Source: an uncultured Negativicutes bacterium
GTDB lineage: Bacteria > Bacillota > Negativicutes > Acidaminococcales > Acidaminococcaceae
DNA: 36,754 bases
Reading direction: 5' to 3'
NCBI GenBank assembly: GCA_937926555.1
Contig: CALAZX010000199.1
Location: forward strand, 1 to 36,754
The notes under the pieces are model-generated. The model was not told the origin of the DNA, searched no databases, and saw only the letters and a program-made list of their open reading frames with translations. The position numbers and the translations under genes were made by a program. This document shows positions 1 through 6,770 of this stretch, one piece after another. Each line of letters begins with the position of its first letter. The stretch's first letter is position 1.

Positions 1-30
1 CGCATCGCGGAGCAGGCTCTTCTGCTTTAT

Positions 31-56
31 CCGGCCCACCGGCCGGTATTTTTTTT
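31..56 (+). terminator. Intrinsic terminator of a + strand gene upstream of the window
   Basis: CCGGCC-cacc-GGCCGG hairpin followed by TATTTTTTTT. Confidence 0.6.
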
Positions 57-78
57 ATCCTGCGCACCTCATAAAAAG

Positions 79-275
79 GTGGACTATCTTCTCATATGCC
101 AGATCCGGGTGGGGTATTTTCCCATTGTCCAGGACCAGGTGGGGAGAAATCCCATCCTCCCTGGAAAAGTGGGGCATTTTCCCACACTTCATGAACCGGT
201 GGAGCATTTTCCCACACTTCATGGACCGGTGGGGCGTTTCCCCACACTTCCCGGTCCAGTGGGGTGAAATCCCAC
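79..275. repeat. Tandem array of seven 17-bp imperfect palindromes (GTGGGG-N5-TCCCAC/T) at an exact 30-bp period
   Basis: Units start at 79, 109, 139, 169, 199, 229 and 259 (e.g. GTGGGGCATTTTCCCAC, GTGGGGCGTTTCCCCAC, GTGGGGTGAAATCCCAC), separated by 13-bp partly variable linkers. Confidence 0.9.
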
Positions 276-284
276 GGATTCCGC

Positions 285-1547
285 TCATTCCTCCGCGGAA
301 TCGTCCTTCATCAGTTCCACCAGCACCTGGGTCAGTTTCTCCAAGGCCTCCAGAGTGATGTACTCCAGGGAGCCGTGGAAATTGTGGCCGCCGGTGAAGA
401 TGTTGGGACAGGGCAGCCCGTGGGCCGACAGCACGGAGCCGTCGGTACCTCCGCGGACCGGAGCGATGCAGGGCTCCACCCCTGCGGCCCGGTACGCCTT
501 CATGGCCCGTTCCACAATCCCGTATACCGGCTCGATGTACTCCTTCATGTTGGCGTACATCTCGGTGAGCTGGCAGCGGACCGCGCCCTCCCCGTACTTC
601 CGGTTCATCAGTTCCACGCAGGCCAGCATGTATTCTTTCCGGCCGTCCAGGACCTTCCGGTCATGGTCACGGAGGAAGAAGTCCAGCGACGCGCTCTCCA
701 CGCCGCCCTGGATCCGGACGGGATGGTAGAAGCCCTCGTGGTCCTCCGTATATTCCGGCGCCTCTCCCGCAGGCAGCAGGGCCAGGAACTCCGCCGCCAT
801 CTTGATGGCGTTCCGCATGGTGTGCTTGGCGGAACCGGGATGGACCGCGATGCCCGTGAAATCCACTGTGGCGTTGCAGGCGTGGAAGGACTCGTAGTTC
901 AGCTGCCCCACCGCGCCGCTGTCCACCGTATAGGCGAAGTCCGCCGGGAAATCGTCATAGGGGAAATGGACGGGACCGTGCCCCACCTCCTCGTCCGGGG
1001 TGAACGCCAGGAGGATTTTGCCATGGGGAATCTCCGGATGACGGAGCAGATAGGAGCAGGCCGTGACAATGCCGCAGATGCCGGCCTTGTCGTCAGCTCC
1101 CAGCAGCGTGGTGCCGTCGGTGGTGATCAGGGTCTGCCCCACATACCGCTTCAGGTCGGGGAAGACCTCCGGGTCCAGGAAACGGCCGGGGCTCAGCTCC
1201 AGGCATGAGCCGTCATAACCAGGATGGACCTGCATATCCATAAGGCCGTCGGGAGCCTCGCAGCTGGTGTCCACATGGGCGATGAGCCCCATCACCGGCA
1301 GCTTCTTGTCCGTGGTGGCCGGCAGCTCCGCCAGCACATAGCAATGCTCTTTCAGGCGGACATCGGAAAATCCCAGTTCTTTCAGCTCCCGTTCCAGTTC
1401 CCTGGCCAGGACCCACTGTTTCTCCGTGGTGGGTGAGGTCTTGGAATCAGGATCGGAGTTGGTGGGGATCTCCACATACCGTCTGAAACGCTGCAGCACT
1501 TCCTCTTTGTCGATTGACGCCAGTTTCTCTTCCATATCCGTCATCAT
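285..1547 (-). CDS. pepT: Peptidase T (M20B tripeptidase), paralogue 1
   Basis: AHVDT, GADDKAG, PDEE, RGGTDG and NIFTGGHNFH motifs; GAAAGGA RBS 6 nt before ATG 1547. Confidence 0.95.
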   Translation of the reverse strand: MMTDMEEKLASIDKEEVLQRFRRYVEIPTNSDPDSKTSPTTEKQWVLARELERELKELGFSDVRLKEHCYVLAELPATTDKKLPVMGLIAHVDTSCEAPDGLMDMQVHPGYDGSCLELSPGRFLDPEVFPDLKRYVGQTLITTDGTTLLGADDKAGICGIVTACSYLLRHPEIPHGKILLAFTPDEEVGHGPVHFPYDDFPADFAYTVDSGAVGQLNYESFHACNATVDFTGIAVHPGSAKHTMRNAIKMAAEFLALLPAGEAPEYTEDHEGFYHPVRIQGGVESASLDFFLRDHDRKVLDGRKEYMLACVELMNRKYGEGAVRCQLTEMYANMKEYIEPVYGIVERAMKAYRAAGVEPCIAPVRGGTDGSVLSAHGLPCPNIFTGGHNFHGSLEYITLEALEKLTQVLVELMKDDSAEE

Positions 1548-1756
1548 CCATCATCCTTTCTGTATGAGCGCGCCCGATCGCGCTGCTCATCATCTCAATC
1601 AACCTCAATCAGCCCCCCTTAGGGGACGGAGCCGGCCTTGTCCACTTCTTTGATTCTTTCTGTTTCGACAGCGCCGGCTGATTCTCCTGCCTGCCCTTCC
1701 CTCTTTCCGGGACAGGTCCACCACTTTTCCGGAGCAGGAGCGGCATCTTTCCCCGC

Positions 1757-1827
1757 AAAAAAGAAGCCCCTGCACGGGTTCCGGGGAAGACGCTTTGGTC
1801 TCCCTTCTTCTTCCGCACAGGGGCTTC
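1757..1827 (-). terminator. Long hairpin with U-tract downstream of pepT paralogue 2
   Basis: GAAGCCCCTG (1763-1772) pairs with CAGGGGCTTC (1818-1827); A-run 1757-1762 gives a U-tract on the minus strand; loop is long. Confidence 0.5.
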
Positions 1828-1901
1828 CTGTGAAGTCATGGCTATTCCGCCGCAGTCTGCTGTCCCTCGACAATCAGCCGGCGCCGTTCATGACGGGTTT
1901 C

Positions 1902-3155
1902 TTATTTTGCTGCCTCGCCGTTGTCCTTCACCAGTTCCACCAGCACCTGGACCAGTTTCTCCATGGACTCCAGGGTGATGTACTCGAAGGAGCCGTGGAA
2001 GTTGTGGCCGCCGGTGAAGATGTTCGGGCAGGGCAGTCCGTTGGCGGACAGTACGGAACCGTCGGTGCCGCCGCGGACCGGCTCGATGTTGGGCTCCACG
2101 CCGGCAGCGCGGTAGGCTCTCATGGCGCGCTGCACGATGCCGTATACCGGCTCGATGTACTCTCTCATGTTGCAGTAGATGTCTTTCAGGTCACATTTCA
2201 CGGTGTCCTTGCCGTATTTCTTCTCCAGCAGTTCCACGCAGGCTTCCATGTAGGCTTTGCGTTTCTCCAGGATGGCCCGGTCGTGGTCACGCAGGATCAG
2301 TTCCAGCACAGCCTTCTCCACGCCGCCCTGGATGCGGACGGGATGGTAGAAGCCCTCGTAGTTCTCGGTGTATTCCGGAGCCTCGCCGGCAGGCAGCAGG
2401 GCCAGGAACTCGTTGGCCATCTTGATGGCGTTGCGCATCATGTGCTTGGAGGAGCCGGGATGCACAGAGATGCCGGTGAACTCCACTTTGGCATTGCAGG
2501 CGTTGAAAGTCTCGTAGTTCAGCTCGCCCACGGCGCCGCCGTCCACGGTGTATGCGAATTCCGCCGGGAAGTCGTCATAGGGGAAGTGTGCCGTGCCGCG
2601 GCCGATCTCCTCATCGGGAGTGAAGGCCACCAGGATCTTGCCGTGGGGAATCTCCGGATGGGCCAGCAGGTAGGCGCAGGCGCTGACAATGCCGCAGATG
2701 CCGGCTTTGTCGTCAGCGCCCAGCAGGGTCTTGCCGTCGGTGGTGATCAGGGTCTGTCCCACATAGTCCTTCAGCTCGGGGAACATCTCCGGATCCAGGA
2801 TGCGGCCCGGGCTCAGCTCCAGGGCGCTGCCGTCATAGTTCTCATGGATCTGCATGTCCAGGGGGCCGTCAGCGGCCTCGCTGCTAGTGTCCACATGGGA
2901 GATCAGTCCCATCACCGGCAGCTCTTTGTCCGTGGTGGCCGGCAGCTCCGCCAGTACATAGCAGAATTCGGTCAGACGCACGTTGGCGAAGCCCAGCTCC
3001 TCCAGCTCGCGCACCAGCTCTTTGGCCAGCACCCACTGCTTCTCGGTGCTGGGGCTGGTCTCGGAACCCTCGTCGGAATTGGTGGGGATCTCCACATACC
3101 GTCTGAAACGTGCCAGAATTTCCTCTTTGTCGATTGATGCCAACTTGTTATCCAT
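1902..3155 (-). CDS. pepT: Peptidase T (M20B tripeptidase), paralogue 2
   Basis: Same motifs; about 80% aa identity to 285..1547 by manual count; start moved to ATG 3155 (MDNKL) after GAGAGG. Confidence 0.95.
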   Translation of the reverse strand: MDNKLASIDKEEILARFRRYVEIPTNSDEGSETSPSTEKQWVLAKELVRELEELGFANVRLTEFCYVLAELPATTDKELPVMGLISHVDTSSEAADGPLDMQIHENYDGSALELSPGRILDPEMFPELKDYVGQTLITTDGKTLLGADDKAGICGIVSACAYLLAHPEIPHGKILVAFTPDEEIGRGTAHFPYDDFPAEFAYTVDGGAVGELNYETFNACNAKVEFTGISVHPGSSKHMMRNAIKMANEFLALLPAGEAPEYTENYEGFYHPVRIQGGVEKAVLELILRDHDRAILEKRKAYMEACVELLEKKYGKDTVKCDLKDIYCNMREYIEPVYGIVQRAMRAYRAAGVEPNIEPVRGGTDGSVLSANGLPCPNIFTGGHNFHGSFEYITLESMEKLVQVLVELVKDNGEAAK

Positions 3156-3325
3156 GCCAATCATCCTCTCTTTTTTTGTCGCGGGGCGCACCCCCGCCAT
3201 TCCGCGGGTCCTGCCGCATGCCCGGGCAGTCATCCCCTTCCGGAATGTCTGTCCGTTCACAGCCGGGCCTTCCGCCCGGTCCGCGGATCTCTCCGCATTC
3301 CCGGCGGCCGGTCCGCCCTCGCGGC

Positions 3326-3790
3326 CTATCTCTCCCGCAGTCTTCTCAGCAACTCCTCCACTGTGACGCCCAGCAGAGGATGGGTCACCTCCGGGGCGAT
3401 CGCCGCCAGAGGGGCCAGTACAAACTCACGGTTCTGCATGTCCGGATGGGGCAGCTTCAGGTCCGGTGTGTCCAGCACCCGGTCCCCGTAGAGCACCAGG
3501 TCCAGGTCGATATTCCGCTCTCCCCAGTGGCGCAGCCGTTTCCGTCCCATCTCCCGCTCCGTCTCCAGCAGCATCCGGAGCAGCTCCTCCGGCTCCAGGT
3601 CCGTCCGGACCTCCGCCACCGCGTTGACGAAATCGGGCTGGTCCGTGACGCCGTAGGGCGCCGTCACCAGGAACGGGGAGACCTTCACCGTCTCCACGCC
3701 TTTCTCCGCCAGCAGCGCCAGGGCGCTGCGCAGGTTCTCCTCCCGGTCTCCCAGGTTAGCCCCCAGGGCCACAAAAATCCGTTCTCTCAT
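3326..3790 (-). CDS. folK: 6-hydroxymethyl-7,8-dihydropterin pyrophosphokinase
   Basis: ALGANLGDR, QPDFVNAV, WGERNIDLDL, LPHP..REFVLAPL motifs. Confidence 0.96.
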   Translation of the reverse strand: MRERIFVALGANLGDREENLRSALALLAEKGVETVKVSPFLVTAPYGVTDQPDFVNAVAEVRTDLEPEELLRMLLETEREMGRKRLRHWGERNIDLDLVLYGDRVLDTPDLKLPHPDMQNREFVLAPLAAIAPEVTHPLLGVTVEELLRRLRER

Positions 3791-3928
3791 CACGTCACAT
3801 TCTCTCTGTCAATGTCCGCGGCCGTAGCCGCACGAAACTTTGTCACTTCCGGCAGGTCCGCTATCTATCGTCCGCTGCCGCCCGTCTGCCCCAGCCGGCC
3901 GCATTGCGGCCATGCCGGCAAACGCATG

Positions 3929-5116
3929 TCATTCCACGTCCCGGATGGCTTCCAGCATCCGGATCAGCCGCACGTGCTCCCGCACATCGTGGACACGGAC
4001 CATGTCCGCGCCGCAGGCCAGGGCCGCCGCGGTCACCGCCATGGTTCCCTCCAGCCGCTCCTCGGCGGGCAGGTCACCCAGCACATGGCCGATGGTTGTC
4101 TTCCGGGAGGCCGCCATGAGGACGGGATACTCCGTGCCGGTGAGGCTGTTCAGGTTCTGCATCAGTTTCAGGTTCTGCCGGTCATCCTTGGCGAAGCCGA
4201 TGCCCGGGTCCAGCATGATCCGGTCGGCACCCACGCCCCGCTGCCGCCGCCGGTCCGCCCGCTCCAGCAGATGGGCCGCCACCTCCTGGACCACGTTGCC
4301 GTACTCGCACTGCTTCTGCATGTTCTTGGGCTTGCCCTTCATATGCATCAGGATGATGGGGGCGCCGGTCTCGCAGACCACGTCCTCCATCAGGGGGTCG
4401 GCGTCCATGGCGCTGATGTCGTTGATGATGTCGGCGCCTGCAGCCACCGCCTCCCGGGCCAGTCCGGAGCGGTAGGTGTCCACGGAGATGACGCTCTCCG
4501 GAAAACGGCGCTTGATGGCCTCGATGGCGGGCAGCACTCTGTTCCGCTCCTCCTCCGGGGTCACCGGGTCAGAGCCGGGACGGGTGGACTCGCCGCCGAT
4601 GTCCAGCACCGCGGCACCGTCAGCCAGCATCCGTTCCGCCTGTTCCAGGACGGCGTCCTGTCCCTGGCGGCGGGAACCGGCGAAGAAGGAGTCCGGGGTC
4701 ACGTTGATGATGCCCATCACCGCCATCTTCCCGTACTCCAGCCGCCGGCCGTCAGCCAGCAGCGTGCTCTTCCCTTTCCTGGCCAGATAGCCTTCCAGCT
4801 CCGCCACGAAACCGGGGATGCCGAAATAGGGCATCTGTCCCAGCTTGTACAGCAGGATGTTGTAATGTTTCCGGCTGCCCAGCAGGATCACGTCCACCTG
4901 GGGCTGGGCGCAGGTGATGGCGGACCCGGGGACAGCACAGTCGCCGCCTGCCGCCAGCATCTCCTGCTTGATGATGTTGGCCGCGGGGGTACGCACCCCC
5001 ACCAGTTTCAGCGGGATGATCCGGGATTTCCCCAGCATGATGTCCAGGGCCCCGGGATACACCTTCAGTCCTTTTATCTCCTCCATCAGGCTATGGGGAT
5101 TGATCTCATAAATCAT
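3929..5116 (-). CDS. folP: Dihydropteroate synthase with ~125-aa N-terminal extension (dihydropteroate reductase-like)
   Basis: MGIINVTPDSF, DIGGESTRPG, DPGIGFAK, SRK and VRVHDV motifs; N-terminal domain contains ANIIKQEMLAAGGDCAVP. Confidence 0.95.
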   Translation of the reverse strand: MIYEINPHSLMEEIKGLKVYPGALDIMLGKSRIIPLKLVGVRTPAANIIKQEMLAAGGDCAVPGSAITCAQPQVDVILLGSRKHYNILLYKLGQMPYFGIPGFVAELEGYLARKGKSTLLADGRRLEYGKMAVMGIINVTPDSFFAGSRRQGQDAVLEQAERMLADGAAVLDIGGESTRPGSDPVTPEEERNRVLPAIEAIKRRFPESVISVDTYRSGLAREAVAAGADIINDISAMDADPLMEDVVCETGAPIILMHMKGKPKNMQKQCEYGNVVQEVAAHLLERADRRRQRGVGADRIMLDPGIGFAKDDRQNLKLMQNLNSLTGTEYPVLMAASRKTTIGHVLGDLPAEERLEGTMAVTAAALACGADMVRVHDVREHVRLIRMLEAIRDVE

Positions 5117-5888
5117 CGGGATTCCATCCTTTCTCCACTGTCGCGAAAGCGTTATGATTGTGGATGCTCTCGCAGCTCTCCACCGTGGCCCGGTACCAGG
5201 TGATACTTGCTCCAGCCGCCGGCTGCCGCGCTATTTCTCGCTGCTCCCGCTCCACGCCGCGGGGACCCGCGACGGCGTGCTCGGTGACTAACTTCCCGTC
5301 GGGCCGTTTCAGGAGGCCGTATACCGGCGCGCTGGCCGCACGGTCCGCCATGTCCGCCAGCTCCTCGATCCAGACGAAATCATCCGCCTTGATCTCCAGG
5401 GAGGCGATGGCCCGCTGGTTGTGGGCGCCGTACTCGCTGATCTCCTTGGAGCAGGGGCACAGGGTCTGGATGGGGATCTGCACGGAGATGGTCAGGTCGA
5501 ACTTCTTCCCCTTCTGCACCGTGTAGACGCAGTCCAGGTCCATCAGGGACTCCAGGCCGCTCACCGGTGCGGTCTTGCGGATGAAATAGGGGAACTCCAT
5601 CTTCATGTAGGCGCTGTCCGCCTGCAAGGTCTCCTTCAGCTCGTCCATGATCTTCTCCAGGGAATGGAGGTTCACCGCCTCCAGGGTCTGCAGGCACTGG
5701 ACGAACCGGCTCATATGGGTGCCACGCAGGTCCCGGGGCAGGTCCACCGCCAGGGCGATGTTGGCCACGGTATGCTGCTCACCCCGGTTCCGGTCCTTCA
5801 GCACAATGGGCCAGCGCAGGTCGCGGATTCCCACATGCTTCAGGGGCACATTGCGCACGTCCTTCTCGGACTGGACATCTTTCAGCAT
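5106..5888 (-). CDS. folE2: GTP cyclohydrolase IB (with anomalous segment at 5205-5297)
   Basis: RGTHMSRF, TLCPCSKEIS, GAHNQR, LLKRPD and ESIHNHNAFA motifs; overlaps both folP and queD. Confidence 0.95.
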   Translation of the reverse strand: MLKDVQSEKDVRNVPLKHVGIRDLRWPIVLKDRNRGEQHTVANIALAVDLPRDLRGTHMSRFVQCLQTLEAVNLHSLEKIMDELKETLQADSAYMKMEFPYFIRKTAPVSGLESLMDLDCVYTVQKGKKFDLTISVQIPIQTLCPCSKEISEYGAHNQRAIASLEIKADDFVWIEELADMADRAASAPVYGLLKRPDGKLVTEHAVAGPRGVEREQREIARQPAAGASITWYRATVESCESIHNHNAFATVEKGWNPDDL

Positions 5889-6259
5889 AGTACCCCCTTG
5901 GAGAACTCACCGGTATAGATGCAGCCGCTGGTCCTCGTCTCCCACACCTGCACCTCGGCCAGCCGGTAGTTGGGGCCGTGGAGAGGCTCCTCCAGACGCT
6001 CCCACACCCAGATGGAGATGTTCTCCGCGCTGGGGTTGGGGATCACGTCATTGAGCAGCTGATGGTCCAGTCTGGACAGCACCAGCTCCTTCACGATATT
6101 CTTCAGCCGGGTGAAGTCCAGGACCATCCCCTCCTCGTCGGGGCGCCCTTCCACCTTCACCACCAGCTTGTAGGTATGTCCGTGCATATGCTCGCACTTG
6201 CCGTTGTAGCTGGGCAGATAATGAGCCGCGTCGAACTCGAACTCTTTCAGTACAATCAT
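5882..6259 (-). CDS. queD: PTPS/QueD family T-fold enzyme with hybrid CExxHGH motif
   Basis: FDAAH, KCEHMHGHTY, GMVLDF, LDHQLLN, NPSAEN and VWET motifs. Confidence 0.92.
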   Translation of the reverse strand: MIVLKEFEFDAAHYLPSYNGKCEHMHGHTYKLVVKVEGRPDEEGMVLDFTRLKNIVKELVLSRLDHQLLNDVIPNPSAENISIWVWERLEEPLHGPNYRLAEVQVWETRTSGCIYTGEFSKGVLC

Positions 6260-6272
6260 GCCATTCCCTCCG

Positions 6273-6737
6273 TCACACTTTCAGTCCGCCGAAGTCCGGC
6301 TGCTGCCGGAACGCTTCGTACACCACCACCGCCACCGAATTGGACAGGTTCAGGCAGCGGGCGTCGTTGACCATGGGGATCCGCAGGCAGTTCTCCGCGA
6401 ACTCCTCGTGGATCCAGTCCGGCAGTCCGGCGGTCTCCCGCCCGAACACCAGGAGGCTTTCCGGGTCGAACTTCACATCCGTGTAGCGCTTGTGCGCCTT
6501 GCTGGTGAGAAAATATTTCGGGTTGTCCGGATACTTGGCGAACACCTCCCGGATATCGTCATAATAATGGATATCCAGCATGTGCCAGTAGTCCAGGCCG
6601 GCCCGCTTCAGGGACCGGTCGTCAGTATTGAAACCCAGGGGCCGCACCAGGTGCAGATGGCAGCCGGTGACGGCGCAGAGCCGGGCGATATTCCCTGTGT
6701 TGGCGGGAATCTCCGGCTGATACAGTACAATATGCAT
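6273..6737 (-). CDS. trmL: tRNA (cytidine/uridine-34-2'-O)-methyltransferase
   Basis: PEIPANTGNIAR, LKRAGLDYW, FGRETAGLP and RCLNLSNSVA SPOUT motifs. Confidence 0.95.
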   Translation of the reverse strand: MHIVLYQPEIPANTGNIARLCAVTGCHLHLVRPLGFNTDDRSLKRAGLDYWHMLDIHYYDDIREVFAKYPDNPKYFLTSKAHKRYTDVKFDPESLLVFGRETAGLPDWIHEEFAENCLRIPMVNDARCLNLSNSVAVVVYEAFRQQPDFGGLKV

Positions 6738-6770
6738 TTCCTTCTCCTTCTTTATGATCAGCGTCTGTCA

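Noticed and set aside
79-275. CRISPR array
   Set aside because: 17-bp degenerate repeats and 13-bp related linkers are too short; no cas genes or leader in view
3156-3260. N-terminal extension of pepT paralogue 2 in the ORF track
   Set aside because: No counterpart in paralogue 1; the RBS supports ATG 3155
5205-5297. Diversity-generating retroelement variable region or compensated frameshift in folE2
   Set aside because: Conserved residues (VTE, PR, VE, RE.A) stay in frame; changes hit T and C as well as A; no template repeat or RT in the window
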